From the NCBI GenBank assembly GCA_964016885.1, contig OZ024740.1, positions 227,540,001 to 227,604,000 on the forward strand: a DNA stretch of 64,000 nucleotides, in the 5' to 3' direction. This document shows, in pieces, positions 1-13,370 of this stretch (position 1 is the first letter of the stretch; each line of letters begins with the position of its first letter). The position numbers and the translations under genes are program-made. Origin of the DNA: Eledone cirrhosa (lineage: Eukaryota). The notes below the pieces were generated by a model. It worked only from the letters and a program-made list of their open reading frames with translations. It was not told the DNA's origin and did not search any database.

Positions 1-405
1 AATCATCGTCATCATAATGATGATCATCATCGTCATCATAATGATCATCATCATCATCATCATTATCATCATCATCATCATCATCATCATCATTATCATC
101 ATCATCAATATCATCATTTAATGTCCACTTACCCTGCTAGCAAGGGTTGGACGAGTCTTCATAGACCAAGTCAGTACTGGAATGAGGCAAGACTGACCTC
201 CCAGAAAAAAAATATATGTACACACATATATATATATACTCAGTTACAAATATATTGAATATAAACTTCCTCATAAAAAGCAAAAGACTACTCACCCTCT
301 CTCACATGCTTTCTTTTCATTCAATGGTAACCTCCTTCTTGTAGTAATATTTCCATACCTGTTTCTTCTTGATATCAGTGAGGGTAAATGTACTTCTATT
401 ATTAC

Positions 406-718
406 ATCAAATCCCGCCGAGGTTAACTTTGCCTTTCATCCTTACGAGGTCGATAAAATAAAGTACCAGTAATACACTGGAATAATTGCTGGCCATGTGC
501 CAAAAGTAGAAACAATTATTACACCCATATTGGATTGGCAGTATAAGTAGAGGGTCGAACGCAATGCTTTCCAGCATAGAGTTACGTCCCTTTACAGTTT
601 GAGTTCAAATCCCAACGAGGTTAACTTTGCCTTTCATCCTTACGGGGTTGATAAAATAAAGTACCAGTAATGCACTGGGATAATTGCTGGCCTTGTGCCA
701 AAAGTAGAAACCATAATT
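406..718 (+). mobile_element. SINE family A: a partial copy (406-520) followed by a near-complete copy (530-718)
   Basis: Shared body 'gagttcaaatccc..cgaggttaactttgcctttcatccttacggggtcgataaaataaagtaccagtaatgcactgg...ggccttgtgccaaaagtagaaac' with B-box-like GAGTTCAAATCC; recurs many times in the window. Confidence 0.85.
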
Positions 719-984
719 ACATACATATTTCTCACAAACAGCATCCCAATTCAAAGATACACTACTTAGCAAATCAGAACACCTCAAGCTTCTAATCCTT
801 ATATTACAGTATATTGGAAAAGCCATTACTCTTTGCTGTTCACGTTGCTAAATATAATTGACATCCAGCTTCCTTTCTATCTTCCTTGCTCTTCTTATTC
901 TTCCATACTTTTCAGGTCTGTTTTTTAGTTCTTATGGCATACCATACCATTCCATTTTCCTTGTACCATAGACATAGCTCCCAA

Positions 985-1500
985 TCAAATCCAGGGCCTT
1001 CTCACTCCTGTTGAAGGAACCCCTCCCTGGTTGACCTCCACTGCTTTCTGTTTGATTTCAACCATGTCAGTGGTGTAGCTGTACTCATCACCCATGACCA
1101 ATTGTGGGTTGGTGAAGCTATTTAACCCATAGTTGGGGTGGATGGCAGTTGACTCTGAGGAGTTCATCTGCCCTTTTTACAGCTCTTGTTTTTTTGTTTT
1201 TTTTTTGGGGGGGGGGGCTGCTGGGGTTCAACTTAACCTCCTCACCTGATAGGATCTGGTGGGGAAGCTGGTTTAGTCACCAACCACTCAACCATGAAGC
1301 AGGTTGTATTGTGTTACATGGTACCAGTAGCAGGCAGAAACCTGACCTGACATAGTCCCCATGTACATACAAATAGCCACCATGTCTATAAATAAAATGT
1401 CACTGCATCTGTTATTAAGTGAGGCTGTAAAAGAACCTGCTTTTGTTCATCTTTAGTCCTAATTTGTGCTACATATGCACACAAACCACTGCTGCTATTG
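985..1500 (-). mobile_element. Possible highly decayed RTE-like LINE 3' fragment
   Basis: Minus-strand pieces translate to 'ITDAV' and 'NRKQWRSTREGFLQQE*', resembling RTE ORF C-termini; many stops and frameshifts. Confidence 0.3.
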
Positions 1501-1749
1501 TATTGCCTATGATTAACTCTAAATACCTCAATTACTTATTTTATTTCTCTGTCAAAAGATATTCTGGCTCCCCCAACTCTGGCACTGTTATTTACCCAGA
1601 ACAATTTATATCTGCATTCCTTGCTTATAAAGAATCTCACTATAGCATTACCCCCATCTTACTGCTTGTACACAGCATACATCTACCTGCCTTCATCTCT
1701 CTCTCATATATATATATATATATAAATGTGTGTGTGTGTGTGTGTGTGG

Positions 1750-1821
<72 letters not shown>

Positions 1822-1849
1822 ATGTGTGTGTGTATAAGTAAAATAGAAT

Positions 1850-2040
1850 ATCAGAGGAAAATACAATGCAATAATGATATGTTAGTATAAAACATATAAG
1901 AAGTTAGAAAACTGTCTTAATGTTTCAAATGCTAGTCCTTCATTGGAAAATAGATATACATAGAGAAGGGAAGTTATTTGCAGAGAGAAGAAAAAGAAAA
2001 TTAGGGGAGGGGGGGTGAAAGGAGAAAGAAGAAAACAGCC
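1850..2040 (-). mobile_element. Decayed copy of the short hammerhead-bearing (Penelope pLTR-like) element
   Basis: 1916-1950 reads on the - strand ttttCCAATGAaggactagcatttGAAACattaag, a mutated version of the motif at 18167 and 32878. Confidence 0.5.
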
Positions 2041-2150
2041 ATCTTTAGAAAAAGGAAAATATAAGCATAAGAAATATATACATATATATATAAATGTATG
2101 TGGTATATGTGTATGAATATATATTAGTATATCATTCTATGTATGTATAT

Positions 2151-2482
2151 CATTTCATTTTATCATTTCATTTTACGTCCGCTTGCAAGGGTGGGACGGG
2201 AACTGATTCTGGCTTGATTCTACAGCTGGATGCCCTTCCTAACACCAACCTCATTTACAGTGAGTGCTGGGTGCTTTTTTGCCGTGGCACCTCCACGACC
2301 ACTTTGCAGTGGAATGATATGGACCCCAGTCCCTATCATCTCATTTCTACAGCTGAGTAAACTGGAGCAATGTGAAATAAAGTGTCTTGCTCAAGGAAAC
2401 AACACATCACTCGGTCTGAGAATTGAACTCACAACCTTTTGATTGCAAGGCCAATTCTCTAACCACTAAGCCATGTGCCTCC
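2151..2482 (-). mobile_element. SINE family B (tRNA head + CORE-like domain + (GAT)n-type tail), full length
   Basis: Reverse complement begins ggaggcacatggcttagtggttaga (A box), then gagttcaattctc (B box) and CORE-like 'tccttgagcaagacacttt'; near-identical to the copies at 13369, 17675 and 32326. Confidence 0.92.
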
Positions 2483-2496
2483 ATAGATATATATAT

Positions 2497-2640
2497 AATG
2501 AAGGAAATGTGGTAAGGAACCAGATGGGCCATAATGCACCAGAGTACTCAAAACTTAAGGTAGTAGAGTGGGTAATAGGAAAAAGTATGAAATAGCCGTC
2601 GAAACGGCTTGAGCTCTGCCGTCGGGGTCATACTTTTTCT
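2497..2640 (+). mobile_element. Short interspersed element (Penelope pLTR-like), internally deleted relative of 13711-13905
   Basis: aatgaaggaaatgtggtaaggaacc...gtagtagagtgggtaataggaaa...agccgtcgaaacggcttgagctctgccgtcggggtc matches the reverse complement of 13711-13905; another fragment at about 3060-3089. Confidence 0.7.
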
Positions 2641-2678
<38 letters not shown>

Positions 2679-2955
2679 TTAGTCTAGTAAGAAAATAGGA
2701 CAATGGTATACACCACCAGGACAAAAATTAAGTAGGTGCTGTTTTGGAGATTTCGTGTGGCAAAGAATTGAAAAAGCTAACCTTTTCTTTTGACAAATGT
2801 TAAGTGTGTTTGCGAGGAAAACATTGTGGCATTAGGTGTGGCATTAGCTTTATTGTAGAGTAAGTAGAATTAAGGATATAGTTGCATGCAATGAAATGCA
2901 ATCTCCCCACCCAAACATCATGGAATTGGACCCTTATCTACTCAATCGTTGAGTG

Positions 2956-2986
<31 letters not shown>

Positions 2987-3128
2987 ACCCATGCTATCAT
3001 GGAAAAATAGATGTAAAACAGTGATGATAATGATGATGATGATATATATGAAGGATTCGGGACCCCGACGGCTGAGCTCCTGCCGTTTCTGATTTCATCA
3101 CCATCATCGTCATCATCGTTTAATGTCC

Positions 3129-3205
<77 letters not shown>

Positions 3206-3649
3206 AGACTTTGAAGAAAAAATAGGTATGTTTTTGTCTATTATTTCCTCATATTTTGTATATATATATATATAAGGGTATGTGTAGTTTGTGTGTAGTT
3301 TGTGTGTGTTAATGTGTATGTGTGGCTATATGTGTATCCAGTTTACTTAATTTTCTACAGGAAAGGGTTATATTTCTTGTTTGTTTGTGTGTTTTTGTGG
3401 GGGAGTGTCTATTGTTTAGTTAGAGAAGAGATAATGCGAATGAATCTTTTTAAAGCCTCCATGACTTAAGGTGGAAGGGAAGTACGTAGCAAGGTACTTC
3501 CTTTGAGGATACCTTCTTAACTCCCTCAATCAGATTTGAACTCAGAGTGCAGAGACCTGGTACAAGTACCATGGAATGTTTTGTCATATATTCTAACCAC
3601 TTTGACAATTTGCTGCCTTGCTATTATTTTACATGCGCTCTTCTTATTC

Positions 3650-3882
3650 ACCCACTTATTCCTAGGAAGATCATGGGGGTAGAGTCTTCAAACACTCCCT
3701 CTAGCAGGTCCTGTCAGAAGTAGCCATTTCCAACTGATCCAGCTGGATTGCCAAGCGTGACCAACCAAGCACGTGGATGTTATCCAACCATTTTCCTCGG
3801 GGTCTACACCTGGGTCTCCTGTTTAGTTGGTTTAGCCTGTAAAATCTGTCCATCAATTCTTTCTTGAGACATTCTAACCATT
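3650..3882 (-). mobile_element. RTE-clade LINE 3' fragment
   Basis: - strand: MVRMSQERIDGQILQAKPT / RRPRCRPRGKWLDNIHVLGWSRLAIQLDQLEMATSDR; matches the RTE C-terminal 'RM...R..KQ.L.....GKRPRGRPR.RW.D' signature, with a frameshift and a stop. Confidence 0.8.
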
Positions 3883-5809
3883 CTTCATTGCTATTTTATA
3901 TAGTGGAGGTAGATTATGTTGTAGTAACTCTTCATTACTATTTTATATAGTGGAGGTAGATTATGTTCTAGTAACTCTTCATTGCTATTTTATATAGTGG
4001 AGGTTGATTATGTTGTAGTAACTCTTCATTATTATTTTATATAGTGGAGGTAGATTATGTTGTAGTAACTCTTCATTACTATTTTATATAGTGGAGGTAG
4101 ATTATGTTGTAGTAACTCTTCATTGCTATTTTATATAGTGGAGGTAGATTATGTTCTAGTAACTCTTCATTACTATTTTATATAGTGGAGGTAGATTATG
4201 TTGTAGTAATTCTTCATTACTATTTTATATAGTGGAGGTAGATTATGTTCTAGTAACTCTTCATTACTATTTTATATAGTGGAGGTAGATTATGTTGTAG
4301 TAACTCTTCATTACTATTTTATATAGTGGAGGTAGATTATGTTCTTGTAACTCTTCATTACTATTTTATATAGTGGAGGTAGATTATGTTCTAGTAACTC
4401 TTCATTGCTATTTTATATAGTGGAGGTAGATTATGTTGTAGTAACTCTTCATTGCTATTTTATATAGTGGAGGTAGATTATGTTCTAGTAACTCTTCATT
4501 GCTATTTTATATAGTGGAGGTAGATTATGTTCTAGTAACTCTTCATTACTATTTTATATAGTGGAGGTAGATTATGTTGTAGTAACTCTTCATTACTATT
4601 TTATATAGTGGAGGTAGATTATGTTCTTGTAACTCTTCATTACTATTTTATATAGTGGAGGTAGATTATGTTCTAGTAACTCTTCATTGCTATTTTATAT
4701 AGTGGAGGTAGATTATGTTGTAGTAACTCTTCATTGCTATTTTATATAGTGGAGGTAGATTATGTTGTAGTAACTCTTCATTGCTATTTTATATAGTGGA
4801 GGTAGATTATGTTGTAGTAACTCTTCATTACTATTTTATATAGTGGAGGTAGATTATGTTGTAGTAACTCTTCATTACTATTTTATATAGTGGAGGTAGA
4901 TTATGTTGTAGTAACTCTTCATTACTATTTTATATAGTGGAGGTAGATTATGTTCTAGTAACTCTTCATTGCTATTTTATATAGTGGAGGTAGATTATGT
5001 TGTAGTAACTCTTCATTGCTATTTTATATAGTGGAGGTAGATTATGTTGTAGTAACTCTTCATTGCTATTTTATATAGTGGAGGTAGATTATGTTGTAGT
5101 AACTCTTCATTGCTATTTTATATAGTGGAGGTAGATTATGTTGTAGTAACTCTTCATTGCTATTTTATATAGTGGAGGTAGATTATGTTCTAGTAACTCT
5201 TCATTGCTATTTTATATAGTGGAGGTAGATTATGTTGTAGTAACTCTTCATTACTATTTTATATAGTGGAGGTAGATTATGTTGTAGTAACTCTTCATTG
5301 CTATTTTATATAGTGGAGGTAGATTATGTTGTAGTAACTCTTCATTGCTATTTTATATAGTGGAGGTAGATTATGTTGTAGTAACTCTTCATTGCTATTT
5401 TATATAGTGGAGGTAGATTATGTTGTAGTAACTCTTCATTGCTATTTTATATAGTGGAGGTAGATTATGTTGTAGTAACTCTTCATTACTATTTTATATA
5501 GTGGAGGTAGATTATGTTGTAGTAACTCTTCATTACTATTTTATATAGTGGAGGTAGATTATGTTCTAGTAACTCTTCATTGCTATTTTATATAGTGGAG
5601 GTAGATTATGTTGTAGTAACTCTTCATTGCTATTTTATATAGTGGAGGTAGATTATGTTGTAGTAACTCTTCATTGCTATTTTATATAGTGGAGGTAGAT
5701 TATGTTCTAGCAACTCTTCATTGCTATTTTATATAGTGGAGGTAGATTATGTTCTAGTAACTCTTCATTATTATTTTATATAGTGGAGGTAGATTATGTT
5801 CTAGCAACT
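3882..5809. repeat. 47-bp minisatellite, about 41 copies
   Basis: Unit ctcttcattRctattttatatagtggaggtagattatgttStagtaa; period 47 checked (3884 to 3931); highly homogeneous. Confidence 0.97.
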
Positions 5810-6711
5810 TTGAGAATTCACATATTGTTGGAGCAAATTTTGAAAAAAAAAATCATTTTTAACCCAACTGCTAAAATTGCACATTTGTGAAATAGGAACA
5901 GAATCATTAATTCCATGAAAGTATTTTATCCAATATAAAAGAAAAAGAAAAAAAATTATCTCATTTCTGATAGATATAACCTATTAAGTCTTGACAACTT
6001 TTTCTTTTGTCATTTTGGTGCCAACATTCCAACACTTATTTTTTATTTTCCAATATATAGCCTGTCCATTTTTTTTTATATTTATATTTTTTATCTCAAA
6101 GAACTGTCATGTCAATCGTTAGCTGTTTCTTTTTGCAATTACACTACTTCTATTTTTCTTCTTCTTCGTCTTCTTCTTCTTGTTCTTCTTCTTCTTCCCT
6201 GCTAAGTGCATGGTATTAGACCACTTTACTTAACCCCCAACTGCTGAAAATCAGTCCGGAAATAACAGAAATTACATTTCAAACAGAGAAAAAAGGGGAA
6301 CAATAAAAAAAAAATTTAGAGAACATTATTAAAGTTTAAGAAAAAAAGGATTTTTTTATGTTCTTCTTTTTTTCTTCTTTTTTTCTTCCTTAATCTTAGC
6401 AGCAACCTTTTAATCTTTTTATGAAGCAAGAATTGTGCTAGTTTCCAATATATAAGATTTGTATTAAGATTTTCATCATCAACATCATTATAACTATATT
6501 TTGAAAGACAAGTCATCCATTTCCAATGATTCACTCTAAACAGTAGTCAGAATGTTTGTTTTTTTTTGTTGTTTTTTTTTGCTTTTTTATTAATACTTAG
6601 ATATATTTATATGCTTCTGTGCAAAAAAATTGTTGCTTTGCTTATATTTATTTATTTTTAAATATTGTTATTGTTGCTATTGCCATTATTATTATTATTC
6701 CAAAGTATTAG

Positions 6712-6945
6712 GGTGGTGAATTTGCAGTATCAGTAGAGCCTCAGACACCATGCTTTGCAGCATAATGTTACAGCCCTTTATGGTCTGAGCTCAAATCCCA
6801 CTAAGGTTAACTTTGCCTTTCATCCTTACGAGGTCGATAAAATAAAGCACCAGGATTGCACTGGGGTCGATTTAATTGACTTTCCCCTCCCCCAAAAAAT
6901 TATCAGGCCTTGTGCCTAAATCAGAAACCATTATTTTTATGATTA
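6712..6945 (+). mobile_element. SINE family A, older longer variant
   Basis: Same central 'ggttaactttgcctttcatccttacgaggtcgataaaataaag' block and ggccttgtgcc tail ending in (ATT)n. Confidence 0.85.
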
Positions 6946-7283
6946 TTATTATTCCAAAGTTTATTCTGTTTTGGCTTGCTTCTCTCATGTTCTGCTTTCT
7001 ATGACCCAAGATTTTAACTTTCTTCTTTTTCAGGTTTTCAAATATATATATATTCTTAAAGTCATTCATAAAAGCAACACCTTTCTCTTTTACTGCTGTT
7101 CCTAACATGCATAGTTATTACATTACTATTAATTAACAAAACATTTTCTGTTGGCTTCATTTAAACAGGAATAAATTCAGCCGTAATATTGATAATGGTG
7201 ATAAGGGCCAATACAAGAATCCTGTTTCTTGCCATCGTATAGTGTGTTTTTTCTTTATTCTCAGTTTATAAAATAATCTGTAT

Positions 7284-7566
7284 AGGTGGGTGGTTTAGTG
7301 GTTAGGGTGTTGCTCTCATGACCAAACTGTCACGAGTTTGATTCCCTGACTGGGCAGCCTATTGTGTTCTTAGGCACAATATTATTTTGCATTGCTCAAG
7401 TTCATTCAGTTAGAAAAAAATTTTATATTTGTAATTCAAAGAGCCAGCTTTGTCACACACTGTGCCATGCTGAAGTGCCCTGAGAACTACATCAATGCAC
7501 ATTAATTTCATGAACAAACTGTTCCATTGTTCAAACAACTGGAACACTCATTGTAACTGACAGAGG
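7284..7566 (+). mobile_element. Old tRNA-headed SINE (related copy at about 35622-35917)
   Basis: Head 'gtggtttagtggttagggtgttg...gagtttgattcc'; 3' part 'ccctgagaa...tgttccattg.tcaaacaactggaaca...ctgacagagg' is shared with 35800-35917. Confidence 0.65.
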
Positions 7567-8481
7567 TTCAACACACACAGATATACACATACATAAATAG
7601 AGAAAAAAACTATGATCTTTTTTTATGACATAACATCTACAACAGTAATGATACTTTTCCTTCTCTACAGATAAATTTCAAAATATCAAACACAATTTAA
7701 TGGAACCTTGCCAGAGAAACTTACTGCAAGCTAATTTCTTAACTCTTAACTTCTTGTAATGGTTTAGAAGAAAATTCTTTAGAAATGTATTTGTTAATTC
7801 AGATACTTATAGTTTTTACTAGTGAACAGATTGTTGTGAAAATCTGTGGTAAACCAGAGTAAAGGGGGTAATTTTTAATGTACTGCAGTCATGATATTGT
7901 TTTATACGTTTCAAGTAGTGCTGATTCATGCAGTATAGGACGTTGAGAATTAATCTAAAAATTTTATTTGAAAATAAGTACAAGACTCCTGAAATTTCTA
8001 AGGAATGAGAAATGTGCAGTTGGGACATCTATACATTTCTTAAATAAAATAAGGTGCTTCCAATTTGGTATAAGAAATTTATGTAGAAATATTTTACCTC
8101 TAATGCAATATCTACCATAAGTTTATGATAATAGCTCCTTTTATGAACACAAAGCCACTATAATAGTAATAAGAACAACACTATTAAAGGTCTTTGTGAT
8201 ATAAGTTAATGAAATCCCTGTATTTCAACAGCTGTAGAACTTTAAGATTGTATGTAATAATTTTTGTTGGTAAATGATTAGAGATTTTTTTTTTCACAGA
8301 TATACTCTACAAGTGTTATTCATATATATATTCCTGAAAATGCATGTTTATTTGATTAAATCCTTTACTGGTACCTGATACATGTAAGGATTTTATATAT
8401 ATATATATATAATTGTGTATATATACATATATATATATATATATCAAATTCTCTCTTTCTTTCTCTTTCTATATATATAGT

Positions 8482-8556
<75 letters not shown>

Positions 8557-9454
8557 GTGGGGGGGGGTGTATACATTTGGAAGTGTAAGAAAGTAACTAT
8601 GTCTCTTGATTGTGCAATACACAAACATTAAGAGTACGATAACTTCTGCATGCAACAAAGCAAAAATACAATTTAGGATTTATATCCTGTATACATGATT
8701 TCAGATAATAATCTGTTTTTTGTCGGAGATGGGTAAAGACAAACATAAAAATATAGATATTCTTATCTTATGGAAAAAAAACCTCAACCAAATTTGTTTT
8801 ATTGGAAATATATTTTTCTATTTCCTACAAATTAGTAGTGTAATATGGTTTGGTAAATAACCTTGTTTGATATATGATATTGTGACAGAAATTCTTTGAA
8901 TATCAGCTATGTTTATTTTACATTTTTCTGCCATTATTTTTTATATATAACTAAACGTTATTCACATGTTCAGAAAAACTTGATCATTTCTCGTTGCAAC
9001 CTATCCGCATATAATAATTTGTAATGTGTTTTTATTTACCATCACGCAAATAAGATAGTGTGGAAGTAGAAGGCTGTTAAATGATAGAGAGAGAGAGTCT
9101 GTGAGTGTCAGTAAGAGAATGAAAATAAAAGTGAGTGAAAGAATAAAATTAGGAGTAGTGTTGCTATAAAAGATTTGAGTCAGGTAGAAGTGAAGAGCTT
9201 CATGTGATAAATAAAAAGAGCAGACAACTCAATCAACATCAACTGTTGTTATATCAGATAATATTTCCAAAAATTTTCAAAAGTATGAAAAGAATTTAAT
9301 ATTCAATTTCATATATATATGTATATAAAATGAATTGAGCTTTGAATTATTATTTGCCTTATATGGTTGTGCTATCAACTCATCTCAACTAATTTATATA
9401 TATATATTTATCAAAGAAAGCATTTTGTTTTGAAGACAGCAAGCGAAGTTTGAA

Positions 9455-9618
9455 ATTGAGTTAGAAATAGAAGCTTTCACCATATTTTGACTAAAGAAAA
9501 TTAGTCTGATATTGGGGTTTAAAACCCTCTAAATGGAGGGTTTAGAGGGTTTTAAACCCCACTATCAGGCTAATTTCTTTAGTCAAATTTTGGCGTAAGC
9601 TTCTATTTCTAACTCAAT
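9455..9618. repeat. Inverted repeat (about 79-bp arms, 7-nt loop), MITE/hairpin-like
   Basis: attgagttagaaatagaagctt...ggggtttaaaaccctctaaa [tggaggg] tttagagggttttaaacccc...aagcttctatttctaactcaat. Confidence 0.9.
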
Positions 9619-9846
9619 GTACATTTATGTTGTGCAGTTTACCAATGGGTAGATCTGGTCATTCTGATTAGCAAACGATGTTGTAATAAGTTAAAGCTCT
9701 CCACATTATACAAATCATCCATTGCAGAAATTGTGTCCAGAGGCTGGTGCAGGAACGGAGTTACACATTTATTTAGAAACAACAATAAAAGGCCGGACTG
9801 GAACTATTCTTTTAATATTTCCAGTATGGTCTTCTGTAGTTGTTTT

Positions 9847-9884
<38 letters not shown>

Positions 9885-10069
9885 TCGTTATCACATTCAT
9901 TTTTCCTTGTTGACATGGGTTGGAAAGGATGGTTTGAGACAATGTTTTATAGTCGATTGCCCTTCATGACACCACCCCATCTAGTTGCCTCTTGCAACAT
10001 GCAAGGATACAGTGAACCTATTCTAAAAACTGGGATACACATGGCCATATATTTGTGTTAATAGTTTGA

Positions 10070-11137
10070 CTACACACAGTTGTGTCTAGTCTTTCTATTA
10101 TTATGTATCCTTACTATATTTCTGTAATGTTCAGGGTTATGTGCTATAGTGTCTGTGCTTGTGCCATGTTTAATCTTCAGATTTTTCTTATTAATCCTGG
10201 CTAGATTTTTGGTGGTACAGTATGATAGCTTGACAGTGTGTCTATTAAATATCCTGCTGTATCTATGTGATTTGGGGAAACATTTATCTAGTGCATTAAA
10301 GAAAAGTCGAACAATGCTAGTGCTTAGCAACAAGGTGTAAGGTAGGTTATACCATAGGACAGAATGTGTTTGGGTCTTTTACCATTGTGGCCTAGTTTCA
10401 TTGGGTTCAACATACTTTTGGGGGGAGTTCCCTCTGGTGTGTGCTAGGGATTGTTGAGGAAGTGTTAGATTGAGTGTTGTAGCTAGTTGTAGTGGGGTTA
10501 TTGTGTCTATGTGCTGGTTTATCTATACCCTCTCCCCTGGTTAAGCTCATGGTAGTTGTAATACTATATTTGGGGCTTGCTAAATCAGTTCTATCTCTAC
10601 TATGTTTTTGAGTACCTCTGGGTTTATTTTCAATTAATGTGTCCCAACTAGTGTTTGAACTATGAGTTTGTTTATGTTTTTGTGTGGATGTGTTATTGAC
10701 TCTATCATTTCCTATGTATTCTATTTTATCCTTGTATACAGGCCTACCTAGTAACTAGCCTTGCTATTGAAGATGTCCCTATTTGCTGAAAGCATGGAGA
10801 TCCTCTGTGCTACACTATTGACTACAACCCTCGTTACAACCTTAGGGGGGTAGGAGAAGTAGCTAATGTAACTAAGGTTTTCGATTAATTTATGGTATGG
10901 GTAATAGAGGCCAGAATCAAGGTAATTGATTATTTTACTCTTAGTTCCGAGTTCTACTTTAAAACTATAGTTGCCAAAAAATGTGCACTGTTATTGTGGT
11001 TAACTAAGGTAAAAAGGTATCCTTTGTTTAATTAGGTAGCGAATGTATAATCCAAAAAGGTCTGGAACTTGGGCTGAGTCTGTGGAGCCCATGGTAATGT
11101 CAAAGTTACTGGGTCTGCCCCTGTACATCCAAAGTTC
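10070..11137 (-). mobile_element. Penelope-like element (PLE) reverse-transcriptase remnant
   Basis: - strand translations ELWMYRGRPSNFDITMGSTDSAQVPDLFGLYI (PLE RT 'FDVTMGSYDGAE..LVGLYI'), KIINYLDSGLYYPYHKLIENLSYISYFSYPPKVV...RISMLSANRDIFN, and RLFFNALDKCFPKSHRYSRIFNRHTVKLSYC. Disrupted; the catalytic DD motif is not visible. Confidence 0.9.
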
Positions 11138-11444
11138 ATAATTAAATTCGGATATATATATACATATGTATATAGATATAGATATATATTTATTATTAGT
11201 ACAGATTAAAGTTTAAGCCAAATATTTCTGCTTTCACCCTATTACGGCATCCTCTGAAACTCCTTATTGAGCCCTCTTTGGATTTTGGTCTTCGTAATTA
11301 TTATTACTATATATATATATATATATAACTCTTATGAGTGACCTTAAGCCAATCCCCTGCAAAATGCACGTAATAGGTCAATATACATTAAACATCTTAT
11401 GCATGTAAACAAAACTTCCTTGGTTTTTCTAACATATATATATA

Positions 11445-11613
<169 letters not shown>

Positions 11614-12699
11614 TGTATATTGAATATACAGAATGTTTATGAAAAACATTTGAGAGCCTTTTGCTATGAAATTTTAAAACCTCAGCAAATGCAAAGGGGA
11701 GTAATTGACAACACATCGTTTCTTGCTCATTAGTTTTTATTGAGACTATATATATCTCCCTAAAATAAACTACAATCTTATATAGCTGTTTTATCATAGA
11801 TATATAGTACACTTGAAGCTTGTAGAATGCTTTCACATCTTGAAGAAACATGTCAGATGCTCTCTGTGTGTCCTTGTTCGTATAAATGTTGTGAGTATGT
11901 GCATATTGTGTATAAGCTCATATTTTAGTATATGTTAAGATACTAAATAGTGATTTAGATAATTATGTCTTGACACACATATACACAAACACATACACAC
12001 ACGCACACACACATACACACACACATATATATATATATGTAATATATTATATCATAGTTCTTTCTCTTCTACTCTTATGATATATGTCTCTTTCTTCAAT
12101 ATATATATATGAATATACATGTATATATATATATTCAGATATATGTATTAATATACATAAATGTGTGTGTTGATATATGGAGGTGACTTTTGCTTTTGTT
12201 AGAAAGTATCTCTTTTCTTCAGAAATGCCTAAGATTTTTATTTTAAACATGAGAAACAATAAGTTGTGTTTAAACCAATGACAGATGATCAGGGCAGAAC
12301 AAAATAATGAGAAAAATGTACTCTTAATTAAATTCTGAATGTATGTTATCTTCTTTGGTTTTTGTTATGAATATTTTATTTTTATTTAAAGTAAATACAG
12401 ATGAACAGTAAATATAGCCATTACTTATGAAGTATCTCACTTTAACCAATTGGAACAATTGATATCGGTAGATTTAATGAGCCATTCATTATTGGAATCT
12501 CTCAACATATTTGAAAATAACTGAATAGAAACCAAAATATCTTTAGTTTCTTCTATATATTCAGTGAAAAGAAAAAAAAAGAAATTCTCTCTGTAATTAA
12601 ATTATCAATCATATGTCAGAAAATTCTGTTGACATTTAATATTTTCTCTGAGATATCAAATCACTCATTCTATCTTCTGCTTCCTCTTTGCTTTCATAC

Positions 12700-13135
12700 C
12701 AACATACCACCAACACACCATTGCCCGTACCACCACTGTACACAATACTGACATACTACTGACATACTACCAACATACCACCAACACACCACTAACACAC
12801 CACCAACACACCACTAACACACCACCAACACACCACTAACACACCACTAAGACACCACTAACACACCACTAAGACACCTCTAACACACCACTAACACACC
12901 ACCAACACACCACTAATACACCACTAACACACCACCAACACACCACTAACACACCACCAACACACCACCAACACGCCACTAACACACCACCAACACACCA
13001 CCAATACACCACCAACACACCACCAACACACCACCAACACACCACCAACACACCCCCAACACACCACTAACACAGCACCAACACACCACCAACACACCAC
13101 CAACACACACCAACATACCACCACCAGTACCACAC
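12700..13135. repeat. 11-bp C/A-rich minisatellite (acaccacYaac)n
   Basis: Tandem acaccaccaac/acaccactaac units; source of ORFs 12869 and 12924. Confidence 0.9.
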
Positions 13136-13325
13136 CTGTACATATGTTTTGACAGTATGCAAACATATTTAATTAAAAATAGCCAAAAAAGTTTTAAGTG
13201 TGACGATAAGGAGGATTGTAAATGTTGATGATTTTAATATTAATGGCTTATCCAACCAGAAATAATAAATAACAAGAAGACTATGAGAGTGCATCTCAAT
13301 GTCTAACTGAAAATGTGTGTATATA

Positions 13326-13368
<43 letters not shown>

Positions 13369-13370
<2 letters not shown>

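Noticed and set aside
3882-5809. CRISPR-like regular array (also 16906-17290 and 43826-44780)
   Set aside because: Head-to-tail units without unique spacers, no cas genes, eukaryotic context.
6316-6534. Lys-rich - strand ORF and other short unique ORFs (e.g. 60186..60560)
   Set aside because: Compositionally biased A/T-run sequence with no motifs or exon structure.
7650-7760. Strong-looking acceptor ttttccttctctacag at 7670 (and aaacag at 7168) as upstream exons
   Set aside because: Frames either close quickly or give no Ig/FN3-like peptide, and no convincing donor follows.
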